A stretch of 64,000 nucleotides of DNA from Octopus vulgaris (Eukaryota). The stretch is taken from contig OX597830.1 of the NCBI GenBank assembly GCA_951406725.2, positions 32,240,001 to 32,304,000 on the forward strand, given 5' to 3'. Positions 26,745 through 41,373 of this stretch are shown here, one piece after another; the stretch's first letter is position 1; each line of letters begins with the position of its first letter. A program made the translations under genes and the position numbers. Under the pieces are notes generated by a model. The model had not been told where the DNA came from. It was given only the letters and a program-made list of their open reading frames with translations, and made no database searches.

Positions 26745-27160
26745 TTTACTCTTTTACTCTTTTACTTGTTTCAGTCATTTGACTGCGGCCATGCTGGAGC
26801 ATCGCCTTTAGTCGAGCAAATCGACCCCGGGACTTATTCTTTGTAAGCCCAGTACTTCTTCTATCGGTCTCGTTTGCCGAGCCGCTAAGTAACGGGGACG
26901 TAAACACACCAACATCGGTTGTCAAGCAATGCTAGGGGGACAAACACAGACACACAAACATATACACACACATACATATATATATATATATACATATATA
27001 CGACAGGCTTCTTTCAGTTTCCGTCTACCAAATCCACTCACAAGGGAATTGGTCGGCCCGAGGCTATAGCAGAAGACACCTGCCCAAGATGCCACGCAGT
27101 GGGATTGAACCCGGAACCATGTGATTGGTTAGCAGGCTACTTACCACACAGCCACTCCTA
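26745..27160 (-). mobile_element. SINE family B, full length
   Basis: Conserved motifs on the minus strand. Confidence 0.9.
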
Positions 27161-27451
27161 CGTATGTAATGTGTTACAAAATTATTTAGAAGTGATGGGA
27201 AATCGTTATGATATACAATCAAACAAAGAGAAAAGATCGCATTCTTATTCTATATTAAATATCAAGTCGTGTTTAGTGTTGTAACTATGTCTATCGTGGC
27301 ACCAACCGCTTTGCATTCTGTTTGCAACAATTTCTAATTGTCTTTTAAAAACATTTATTATGAATTCATAATTACAATTTCCCCTCTCACTGTCCTCAAT
27401 CGAACTCTCTTTCTCCCTTTTATTTTCTCCGCATACACACGCATACACACG

Positions 27452-27482
<31 letters not shown>

Positions 27483-27554
27483 GCGCGTATATACATATAT
27501 ACATAAATATAGTACACACAACTAACTAAATGTATTATTCAGCTATGATTATGT

Positions 27555-28040
<486 letters not shown>

Positions 28041-28420
28041 AGTGAACGTGAGCAAAAACGAAATATGATTAATTCCATAGCAGTTACATATTGATATTAT
28101 AGAATATAATTACAGTTTCGAAGTTTCGTTTGTCATAATGATCCTTACTTAATGTCGTCGTTCTCATTTGTGGCAGCGAAGACAACGATCTCATTAATGA
28201 CAGGAGACAGAGAAACAAGCAATATCAACAGTTTTTAAGACGTCAGCATCAACAGCATCGCCATCATGATGGTTGCAGTCGTCGTCGTCGTCGTGATCGT
28301 CGTTGACGTCACCATCGTCACTTTTCCCTGCATCATTGTAGTCTTCTTTATTCAACATCATCACCATCACCACCACCACCACCACCGCCGCCGCCGCCGC
28401 CGCCGCCGACACCAACATCA

Positions 28421-29025
28421 GTGGAGGCGCAATGGCCCAGTGGTTAGGGCAGCGAACTCGCAGTCGGAGGATCGCGGTTTCGATTCCCAGACCGGGCGTT
28501 GTGTGTGTTTATTGAGCGAAAAAAACACCTAAAAAGCTCCACGAGGCTCCGGCAGGGGGTGGTGATCCCAGCTGTACTCTTTCACCACTTTTTCTCCCAC
28601 TCTTTGTATTTTGTATTTTATGTGTAGATGTATATATATAGATGTACATGTAATATGTACACATATATATACACATATGGAGGCGCAATAGCCCAGTGGT
28701 TAGGGCAGCGGACTCGCGGTCGGAGGATCACGGTTTCGATTCCCAGACCGGGCGTTGTGTGTGTTTATTGAGCGAAAACACCTAAAGCTCCACGAGGCTC
28801 CGGCAGGGGGTTGGAGGTGGGGGTGGCGACCCCTGTTGTACTCTTTCGCTCAAACTTTCTCTCACTCTTTCTTCCTGTTTCTTGTCCCCGACTTCCTGCG
28901 CAACCGCTGAGCCTCGATGCTCTCGGTGTCGGGGGTTGACCTGTTTGCGGGTCTTACGAATAGCAAAGGAACACGTTTCGAACTTCTCCCACTGGGACGA
29001 AGATCGCTTCGCTCAACAAACAAAC
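28421..29025 (+). mobile_element. Two tandem SINE family C copies separated by a Helitron-derived spacer
   Basis: GGAGGCGCAAT(G/A)GCCCAGTGG heads at 28422 and 28679. Confidence 0.85.
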
Positions 29026-29067
29026 AAACCACCAACATCAATATCACCATCACCACCACAACTGCTG

Positions 29068-29455
29068 CCACCTAATAAGCGAGAATTTGACAGGTTTCCG
29101 GGAAAGCGAAACGACTCACGTAACAGTGAAGTTTGGGGTTAAGAGTTTGATACTTTGGGGATGCATAAAAAGTGATGGTTCAAGAAAGTTGGTTAAAATT
29201 GATGGTAACGTGAATAGTGCCAAATACATACAGTTGCTGAAGGACAATTTAATACCAGACTTGGATGAAGGTGAGATTTTTCAGCCTGATGGAGCTCCAT
29301 GCCAAAGATCACATGCAGCACAGCAGAGTATGGCTGATGAGGGTGTTATTGTACTGAAAGATAGGACAGCTCGGAGCTCTGACTTAGATATCATCGAGCA
29401 AATGTGGACAGAGCTAAAGAGAAGAGTTCGTCAGAAGAACCCACGCAATCTTGAA
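29068..29455 (+). mobile_element. Tc1-family (DD34E-type) transposase fragment
   Basis: TVKFGVKSLILWGCI...NSAKYIQLL...IFQPDGAPCQ...SSDLDIIEQMWTELKRRV (cf. FQQDxAPCH...SPDLNPIExxW). Confidence 0.88.
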
Positions 29456-32124
29456 TTTTTCACATACAATAACTTGTGCATCGCTAACACATTCTTTGCC
29501 AACAAGACATCCCACAAGGCATCTTGGAGACATCAAAGATCTCACCACTGGCATCAGCTGGATCCCATCATTACACCAAGACCCTTTCTGAATTCTGTTC
29601 AACTGTCTCGTAGTTACCATAGTGCGGATTGTGACACAGATCATTCACTAATAAGAAGCAAGATGAGGATTCTGCCTAAAAAGTCCATCACTCCAAGAAA
29701 AGGGGCCGACCATGCATTAACACTGCCAGAACCTCCGACCCTACGCTGCGACAATATCTTGCTGTTTCTATCAAAGTTGCCCTCAGTAGCTGCCCAACCA
29801 TCTTTGCTGAAAGTAGGTGGAATTATATCAGGGAAGCTTTGTATACCACATCAATAGATACTTTCGGCATGAGAGAAAGGCAAAACCCAGATTTTGTTCA
29901 GTGCTGGGCTCTCAGAGCTGGAAACAGTTATCGAAACAAAGCGTGCAGCTCTGATGTAATACAAGAGTGATTCTTCTATAAAGTCACTCGAAGAACTCAG
30001 AAAGGCAAGAAATAAAATCCAACTGACTGCCAGACGCTGTGCAAATAGGTATTGGCAGGAAATCTGTCAGAGTATCCAGTCAGCTGCTGACAGTGGTGAC
30101 ACCCGTGGGATGTATGCCGGTTTGAAGAAGGCCCTCGGTTCATCTGCAACCAAGTCAGCCCCTCTGAAATCAACTACTGGGGATCTCATCAAGGATCAAA
30201 GCAAGCAAATGGATAGCTGGGTGGAGTACTACCAGGATCCCTGCTCACGAGAGACCACGATAGCTGAGGCTGCAATAGAGGGTGTCGAGATCTTGCCAGT
30301 CATGTATGAACTTGACAGTCTGCCATCTATAGCAGAGCTCACCAAGGCTATTGACTCCCTAGCAAGTAACAAGGCTCCGGGAAAAGACGGCATCCCCTTA
30401 GAGATCATCAAAACCGGCAAAAACACCATCCTGCTTCGGCACATTCATGAGCTTCTGTGTCAGTGCTGGGAAGAGGGTACAGTCCCTCAGGATATGCGGG
30501 ATGCTAACATCATTACGCTTTACAAAAACAAAGGTGACTGTGGTGATTGTAACAATTACCGTGGAATAACTCTTCTAAGCACTGTTGGAAAGGCCTCTGC
30601 TCGCGTTATCCTGTCCAGGCTGCAACTGCTTGCTTCTCGAATTTATCCAGAATCGCAGTGTGGCTTTAGAAGAAGCAGATCAACTATTGACATGATATTC
30701 TCCATACGCCAACTTCAGGAGAAGTCCGGAGAGCAGAAAATGCCATTATATATGGCCTTCATTGATCTGACAAAGGCGTTTGACTTGGTTAGTAGAAAAG
30801 GCCTCTTCATCCTGCTCCAAAAAATCGGATGTCCACCAAAGCTGCTGAGGATCATCACATCTTTCCATGATGATATGCAAGGCACCATACAGCACAATGG
30901 TTCAACATCAGCCGCCTTCCAAATAAAAAATGGGGTAAAGCAAGGTTGTGCCCTTGCTCCTACATTATTTGGCATCTTCTTCTCGCTGCTGCTGTCACAT
31001 GCCTTTGTGACATCAGATGATGGAGTGTTTCTGCACAGTAGAAGTGATGGGAAACTGTTCAATCTCTCGCGTCTGCGTGCCAAGACCAAAATCAGATCAA
31101 GGAGATGCTATTTGCTGATGATGCTGCTCTGGTATCACACACAGAAGAAGCCCTACAAAGGCTCATCAACTGTTTTGAGCAAGCATGGGGCAACTTTGGC
31201 TTATTTATCAGCCTCAAGAAGACCAACATCATGGGTCAGGTTACATCGACCATCTCAAACATACATATTGGAGTCCACAGACTACAGGAGGTGGAGACGT
31301 TTACCTATCTTGACTCTGCCGTCACCTACAACCTCTCCCTTGATACTGAGCTCAATATACGCATTGGCAAGGCAGCTGCTGTGATGGCCCAACTCATCAA
31401 ACGCGCATGGGACAACAATAAGCTGACCAAGACCACAAAAATGAAGATTTACCAGGCATGTGTACTTAGCACTCTACTGTATGGAAGTGAGACTTGGACG
31501 CCATACACACGCCATACGTCGCCTAAATATCTTTCACCTGCGCTGCCTCCGGAAAATCCTTCGCATCAAATGGCAGAATCATGTCCCCAACAAAGACGTC
31601 TTCAAGCAAGCAGGAATACCAAGCATGTTTGCACTCCTCACACAAAGACGTATGAGATGGCTTGGGCATGTTAGCCGTATGAAAGATGGCAGAATCCCCA
31701 AGGACATACTCTACGGAGAGCTTGCTAGGGGCACTGGGTCTGTGGGAAAACCGTTCTTACGATACAAGAATGTTTGCGAAAGGGACATGAATGCCTGCAA
31801 CATCAATATTACCAGCTAGGATGCAGTTGCCAGCAACCGTGGAGATTGGCGACGTACCGTAAAATAGAGAACATAAAGGAGTGACATAGAGGGAGAGGAG
31901 AAATAGAAAGACAAGAAAAGACGTCAACAAGAAAATATGACATTACAACCAGCCAGGCCAAGTCTTCGCTACATTTGCGGCACCTGCCAGAGAGAGTGTT
32001 TGTCCAGGATAGGACTACACAGCCACAGCAGGAGATGTATTAGGACATGAAATGTAAAAGCCGGACTAGATTATTTTATGCGCAACTCCATTGTCTCCCG
32101 AGACAAAAAGGATGCCAGCAACAA
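29450..32124 (+). mobile_element. RTE-clade LINE, 5'-truncated, frameshifted: APE end, RT and C-terminal C2H2 finger
   Basis: HWHQLD..SADCDTDHSL (APE); KAPGKDGI, NYRGITLLS, QCGFR, AFIDLTKAFD, GVKQGCALAP, LFADD (RT); YICGTCQRECLSRIGLHSH; 3' end CCATTGTCTCCCGAGACAAAAAGGATGCCA. Confidence 0.96.
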
Positions 32125-32404
32125 TATATATGGATTTCGTAGACAGGAACTGAAACAAATCAATCGTATATATATATGTATGTATATATGTAAGTGTATG
32201 TGTGTGTCTTTGTGTCTGTGTTTCGCCCTCATCACTGCTTCACAACTGCTGTTCATTTATTTACATCCACAAAACTTACTGGTTTCACAAGAACAAACTA
32301 ATAGAATGAGTACTAGGCTTATCAACATAAAAAAGCACTAGGCTGTGTCTCATATTTTTGTTTGCCCACTCAGTTGTATCTATCAATTTATCTTTGTGTG
32401 TGTA

Positions 32405-33570
<1,166 letters not shown>

Positions 33571-34000
33571 TATATATATATATATATATATACACACAGA
33601 GTCTTCTATCAAATCTACTCAACGATTTGGTCGGCTCGAGGCTATGAAAGAAGATACTTGCTCAAGGTCCCACACAGTGGAACTGAACACGGAAGCAAAC
33701 TTCTTACCGAGCAGCCACGCTTGCGTTCCTAGATGCGGACGTTGTATTATCTGTTGGGGCATGAGAGAATTAACGGCGTAGTTAGATGGATTGCAATAAT
33801 TAAAAGATGTGGAGCGTGAGTTTTGTGTTGCGAGAGAAAACCGAGAGAGAGGCGTTTCGTGTAAGATGTGACGATCAGAATAGATGATAAAAGCGAAATT
33901 TTTATGGGCACTTCAGCTTCTGAGTTTGGCATTTTGTCCAACGAAGATTAGCACTCCTCTCTTCCTTCAAGCCATGTTTTAGTTCTATCTTTCTCTCTCT

Positions 34001-34048
<48 letters not shown>

Positions 34049-34079
34049 TCTCTCTCTCTCTCTCTCTTCGTTGGCAAAC

Positions 34080-34206
<127 letters not shown>

Positions 34207-34207
34207 A

Positions 34208-34475
34208 AGGCGCAATGGCCCAGTGGTTAGGGCAGCGGACACGCGGTCGTAGGATCGCGGTTTCGATTCCCAGATCGGGCGTTGTGAGTGTTTATGCTGC
34301 TCCTGCAGGGGGTGGTGATCCCTGCTGTACTCTTTCACCACTCTTTCTCCCACTCCTTCTTCTGTTGGCCTGCTCGCTTAGCCAGCGGGGTGGCGTCATT
34401 CAAAGGCTAAAACAATGCGAACGCATTGTGACCAGCGATGTGTAACAACATCTGATGGTCTGATTGGTCACGTGA
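34208..34475 (+). mobile_element. SINE family C
   Basis: Homologous to 19345-19645. Confidence 0.88.
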
Positions 34476-35122
34476 TGGTGATATATATATATATATATCT
34501 GTTTACCTGCTCAGCTTAACACCTGGTTCTTCAAATTCCAAAAGCGTGATAGAAACCACACAAAAGCGATATGTTGCTTGGTCTGTTGTAAATTTTATAA
34601 GTTTGTAATTGGTTGTATGTGTATTTGTCTCTGTATGTGCGCACGCCCACAGAGCAGGAGCACATACACACACGCCTGTGTGTGTGTGTATATGCACGCA
34701 TACGCTTACGTGTGAGGGCAAGCGTTCACCAATGTGATTAGACATCTCTCCGTGAAAAACCCGAAGGGCTTAATACGCACTCACATAATTTTGCCGAACG
34801 TAAGCTATAAACCTCATATTAAAACTTGCCTCATATATAGAAATTAAACAAATAACTAAAGAGCAAAGATAAATGCTAAGGAGCGATTTACGGTACCATA
34901 ATGACACTAGATCTTGATCAACAATAAGGTTTATGGTATAAACATGATTCTGTACAGAAAATAACGTACGTCTGTCTTCCGCCGAGGGTGACTTTGCTTT
35001 TCATCTTTTGGGGGTCAAGTACCAGTTGAATACTATATTAGATGCAATCGACTAGCCCAGTGGCTCCTGAATGGGGTCCATATAAGATTTTGTTGTTAAA
35101 ATTTATGTGCAGTAAATTGGTA

Positions 35123-35278
35123 AGAGTGGTTGTGTGGTATGTAGCTTACTTCCCAACCACATGGTTCCGGGTTCAGTCTCACTGCGTGGCACTTTGGACA
35201 AGTGTCTTCTACTATAGCCTCACGCTGACCAAAGCCTTGTGAGTGGATTTGTTAGACGGAAACTGAACGAAGCCCATC

Positions 35279-35357
<79 letters not shown>

Positions 35358-36930
35358 TGTATGTATGTATGTATGTATGTATGTATGTATGTATGTGTTT
35401 ATGTGTATGTATATATATGTATATATATATGTGTATGTATATATATGTATGTATGTATATGTTTGTGCGTCTGTGTTTGTCCCCCTACCATCGCTTTACA
35501 ACCGATGCTGGTGTGTTTACGCCCCTGTAACTTAGCAATTCAGCAAAAGAGCCTGATAGAATAAGTACTAGGCTTACAAAGAATAAGTCCTGGGGTCGAT
35601 TTGTTTGTCTAAAGGCGGTGCTCCATTATGGCCGCAGTCAAATGACTGAAACAAATAAAAGAATATACTTCTGTAATAAACAAAGTATTTGGACAATTTT
35701 TTTAAAAAATACAATCCCTAATAATATTGAATTCCAAAAATATAAGATTTTTAAAAACTCAAATCGTTATGAGGGTCCACCCAAGTTAAATAGGAATTAG
35801 AGGGGTCCATAGGTAAAAAAAAATGGTTGACAACCATTGGTTTAGCCCCTCCCCCAAAATTTCAGCCCTTGCGCCTATACTATAAAGCCAATCCGTCGGT
35901 CATGACGACGAGGGTTCCACGGAACAGCTTGCTCGTGAAATTAACGTGCAAGTGGCTGAGCGTTCCACAGACACATGTACCCTTAATACAGTACTCAGGA
36001 AAATTCAATCTGACACAAGACGTGACAAGATTGGCCCTTTCAAATAAGGGTACTTCTCATTTTCACCAGATCAGTGAACTGTACCTATGAAAGAAAGGGT
36101 AATACACGAACGTGAGGTGGATTAGACGTTTGACTCTCTGATATTTGGTTATAGATACAATTCTACGATAAGCCATTTCTGTGTTTTTGCACAGACTAGA
36201 TTGCGAAGAGGAAACTAAAAGAAGCTCGTCGTGCGTGCATGTGTTTGTATGAGAACGTGCGTGTGTGTTTGTGTGAATGTGTGTATCTGTGTGTCCATGT
36301 TTGTCCCCCCCCCAACCCAGGGCGTGACAACTTATGTTGGCGTGCTTGCGTCCCTCTAAACTAGCGGTTCGGTTAAAGAACCAATACAGTAAGTACTTGG
36401 TCGAGTCGTTCAAATAAAACCTTCAAAGCGGTGCCCCAGAATGGCCACAGTCTAATGACTAGCACAAGTAAAAACAAATGAAACATGAAATATATATATA
36501 TTGTATAGGAGTGGCTGTGTGGTAAGTAGCTTGTTTACCAACCACATGGTTCCGGGCTCAGTCCCACTGCGTGGCACCTTGGGCAAGTGTCTTCTACTAT
36601 AGCCTAGGGCCGACCAAAGCCTTGTGAGTGGATTTGGTAGACGGAAACTGAAAAGAAGCCCGTCGTATATATATATATATATATGTATGTATATATATAT
36701 ATATATATATGCGCGTGTGTGTTTGTGTGCCTGTGTTTGTTCCCCTAGCATTGCTTGACAACCGATGCTGGTGTGTTTATGTCCCCGTTACTTAGCGGTT
36801 CGGCAAAAGGGACCGATAGAATAAGTACTTGGTTTACAAAAGAATAAGTCCCGGGGTCGAGTTACTCGATTAAAGGCGGTGCTCCAGCATGGCCGCAGTC
36901 AAATGACTGAAACAAGTAAAAGAGTAAAGA

Positions 36931-36931
<1 letters not shown>
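35123..36931 (+). mobile_element. Cluster of SINE family B copies (35123-35662, about 36200-36480, 36507-36931)
   Basis: Repeated core and tail motifs; full heads at about 35123 and 36507. Confidence 0.85.
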
Positions 36932-36989
<58 letters not shown>

Positions 36990-36990
<1 letters not shown>

Positions 36991-37270
36991 TGGTACTTCG
37001 TCGGTTACAACGACGAGGGTTCCAGTTGATCCGATCAACGGAACAGCCTGCTCGTGAAATTAACGTGCAAGTGGTTGAGCACTCCACAGACACGTGTAAC
37101 CTTAACGTAGTTCTCCGGGAGATTCAGCGTGACACAGAGTATGACAAGGCTGGCCCTTTGAAATACAGGTACTACAGAAACAGGAAGAAAGAGTGAGAGT
37201 AAGCCGTGGTGAAAGAGTACAGCAGGATTGCCCACCCCGCTCCTGGAGTTTCGTGGAGCTTTAGGTGTTT
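36990..37270 (-). mobile_element. SINE: family C middle joined to an alternative tail
   Basis: AAACACCTAAAGCTCCACG...CTGCTGTACTCTTTCACCAC on the minus strand, followed by the tail shared with the 10825-11125 element. Confidence 0.8.
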
Positions 37271-37368
37271 ATGTATATTATATTGTGTGAAATTTGATTT
37301 AGTATTTCTAAATTGAATTTTTTCCCTGTAAGTTAGGATTAATATTCTCTCAAATTATTATAATTATA

Positions 37369-37407
<39 letters not shown>

Positions 37408-37880
37408 GAGTGAGAGAGCAGTGCATGCCATCAAAGTGACACTGGGGTAAAATATACGAAGCCCAATATACCCATCATGACTACCCGTCTGATAAAGATA
37501 CACCAGGCACATGCATCACAACCATATGTGCGCGACATGGTGATCTCATATCAAGATAAACAGCACATGACCTTGCAGGTGGGGCCCAGTTAGAATTTTC
37601 TTCAGGTTGAGTAGCCCATCCCGCTCAAAAGGTCCCCGAATAAGGGTTGTTTAAGGATGTTGAAAGAACCACCCATGTTTCCAGAGGTGAACTATTCAAA
37701 CCCCAAAGCATCCCTCTCAACACATGGCTATGATGCTCCCCCACTACTTCTGCTCGTGATCAGAGATGCACATATCGTCAGCCACTAAGGGACATGCTCA
37801 ACTGGTTAAGGTCAAACAACTGACAAGCAAATCCGCAGAATATTTGCTGTAGCCCATCTTTTATACCAAGACAAAACAAT
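37408..37880. mobile_element. Interspersed repeat abutting (TAT)n, same family as 476-1393
   Basis: Alignment with 476-671. Confidence 0.75.
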
Positions 37881-38094
37881 TTCCTTCTTTGCTTTCAATA
37901 CTTATCCTTATATTAAGACGGTTCCTGTTTCTTGTGTGGCTTAAAGTTATAAGAAGCTAACCACTTATTTCAACCATTTGCATTTCGAGTCTTTCACTTC
38001 CACTCTCGCGCAGCTTTTTACGTCAGTCTGTGTAGTGTGAGGAATACCTCATCCTTCCACTTACTTTCGTTTTACTCCTTGGTTGAGAGATAGC

Positions 38095-38369
38095 TAGGTA
38101 GGTAGGTAGGAGGGTAGGTAGGTAGGTAGGTAGGTAGGTAGGTAGGTAGGTAGGCAGGCAGGCAGGCAAGCAGACAGATAGGCAGGTAGGTAGGTAGGTA
38201 AGTAGGTAGCCGGCTAGATTTAGAGAAAGATATATATATATATGTATATAGAGACAGACAGACAGATAGACAGACAGATAGATAGACAGACAGACAGACT
38301 GATAGACGGACGGACAGACAGACAGACAGACAGACAAATAGATAGATAGATAAATAGATAAATAGATGA

Positions 38370-38407
<38 letters not shown>

Positions 38408-38440
38408 AATAGATAGATAATAGATAGATAGATAGATAGG

Positions 38441-38509
<69 letters not shown>

Positions 38510-38526
38510 TGGTTGATAGATAGATG
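38095..38526. repeat. (TAGG)n/(CAGA)n/(GATA)n tetranucleotide array
   Basis: Direct reading. Confidence 0.95.
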
Positions 38527-38986
38527 CTCAAACTTCTATAGTATACAATGAAACAAAGGTACAGATGTTTAGGTCCAAGTATATACGTGTGAAACGGGCG
38601 AAATTCATATACAACAATTTAGTTTTTTAACATCTGCACATCTAAGTGTGTTATTATTCCTTTCACACACGTAGATTCACACACACACACACACGCAGAG
38701 TCGCCCGTACACACATACATCTGACAGTGCACAGTTAAAATGCCTCCGTTGCGAACACATACAGCCAAACACACTCGTACACACAATCAAAATTATTTAC
38801 ACATACACACGTATACGTGTATAGAACAACGGACGGTTGCTTTGCTTTGCATTGTGTGGTGGTGTGTGTTCATTTAGACGCACATTTAACTACTCTTATG
38901 TATGTAGGGGAGTGCGTTTTGATTGTATGTGCATGTGAGGACGTGTTTGTGCGTGCGTTGGTGCGTGCGTGCGTGAGTGTGCTCGC

Positions 38987-39042
<56 letters not shown>

Positions 39043-39337
39043 ACGCGTGTGTAAGTGTGTGTAAGTGTGTGGATGTGCCAGCTTTCATGATTTTTAATTA
39101 ATTTCCAGCACTTGAACAATTCGTGTCCAGTTGGTTCTCGATCATCGTCGACGTAGTCATCATGATCATCATGATCATCATCATCATCGTGATCATCATC
39201 ATCATCACCATCATCATCAACATCATCATCATCATCATCATCAATATCATCACCATCAGCATCATCGCAATCACCATCATCACTCTCATCGTCAACATCA
39301 CCAAAATACTTTACATATACACAGTATATATATGTGT

Positions 39338-39378
<41 letters not shown>

Positions 39379-39539
39379 TCATCTTTCCATTCTTTCCATT
39401 TTAATCATCAAAATCGTGTGTGTGCGTGTGTTTGCGTGCATGCACTTATGAATACGTATATGTATATATATAAACGCGTGCATACATTATTTATATGCAT
39501 AAACGTATATGTATATAAGCGTATGTATATATGTATGCG

Positions 39540-39582
<43 letters not shown>

Positions 39583-40291
39583 ATTTATATGTATTAATGT
39601 TTGTGTATGATGTATATATATTATATGCATTTACATATATGTACAGAGGCGTACATACAAACACACACACACACACACACGCACAGACACATACCCACAC
39701 ACACACAAACACAAACCCACACACATGTATATATGTATCGTGCCATTTTCTAATTTGCACTTATCATTTCAGTTTATATTCGGCGCCATTTTGATTTAAG
39801 CCCGTGTACCAAAATCTTGTGCAACTGCAATAATTGAGTTTTGCAGACGATAGGTGGAAAGAAAGAAGACAACGGAGATGTATCAGATGTGTTGATAGTT
39901 GTTGTGGTGACAGTGGTAGTTCTGATGTTGTTCTGTAGAGAAATGAGCCATAATAGTTGTGTCTTGTGTAGAATATTGACTGAAATAAGTACACGAAAGC
40001 TTACCTCATCACACCAACGGCGATCATAATAATGGTTTCCTATGAATAATAAGGGTTTCAAATTTTTGTGCAAGGCCAGTCATTTCGAAGGCAGTGGGGG
40101 GGGGGGACAAGTCGATTACATCCACCCCAGTATTCAACTTGTACTTGTTCTTTATCGACCCAGAAAAAGGTTGAAAAGCCAAGTCGACTTCGGCGGAATT
40201 CGAACTCAGAGCATTAAGACGCACGAAATGGCACTAAACATTTTGACCGGCGTGCTAACGATTCTGCCAGTTCGCCGCCTTAATGATGATG

Positions 40292-40365
<74 letters not shown>

Positions 40366-40384
40366 TATTATTATTATTATTATT

Positions 40385-40926
40385 ATGCCAACATTATGGA
40401 ATAACAACAGAAAAAAGATGGTATAGGCACACACCAGAAAAGGTCACAGAAAACGAGAAAGCAACCATACTCTGGGATATGCCGATACACACAGATAGAG
40501 AAATTAAGGCCAACAGACCAGATATAGTTGTCAGAGATCATGAAGAAAAAAAATGCTTTCTAATTGATGTATCAATACCGGCAGATGACAACGTGTCTCT
40601 AAAAGAAATGGAGAAACTCTCAAAATACAAAGACCTGGAAATAGAGATAACTAGAATGTGGAACCTGAAAACAGAAACAATTCCTATCATAGTAGGTGCA
40701 TTAGGCATGATAAAAAAATATTCAGACAAATACATAACAAAAACACTAGGACTTACAAACACATATAACATACAGAAAATTGCACTACTAGGCACTGCAC
40801 ACATCCTACGCAGAACACTTTCCATACAATAACCATCAGAGCATCACAACAAATCACAGCACATACCCAAGGCACACAGAGCTGCGCTCGGTAGTGAAGT
40901 GAAAGCACGCTATAAAAATAAAACTA

Positions 40927-40929
<3 letters not shown>
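40385..40929 (+). mobile_element. 3' end of an R4/Dong-clade LINE (restriction-like endonuclease) within (TAA)n
   Basis: WYRHTPEKVTENEKATILWD...NRPDIVV...LIDVSIP...EKLSKY...IPIIVGALG (PD-D..K RLE motif); stop codon, short 3' UTR, then (AAT)n. Confidence 0.92.
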
Positions 40930-41006
<77 letters not shown>

Positions 41007-41023
41007 TAATAATAATAATAATG

Positions 41024-41090
<67 letters not shown>

Positions 41091-41152
41091 TAATAATAAT
41101 AATAATAATAATAATGATGATGATGATGATGATAATAATGATGATAATAATA

Positions 41153-41187
<35 letters not shown>

Positions 41188-41225
41188 AATGATGATAATG
41201 ATGATGATGATGTAGATGGTGATGG

Positions 41226-41284
<59 letters not shown>

Positions 41285-41333
41285 GTGGTGATGATGATGA
41301 AGATGGTGGTGATGATGATGGTGATGGTGATGG

Positions 41334-41372
<39 letters not shown>
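40930..41372. repeat. (AAT)n/(GAT)n microsatellite
   Basis: Direct reading. Confidence 0.96.
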
Positions 41373-41373
<1 letters not shown>

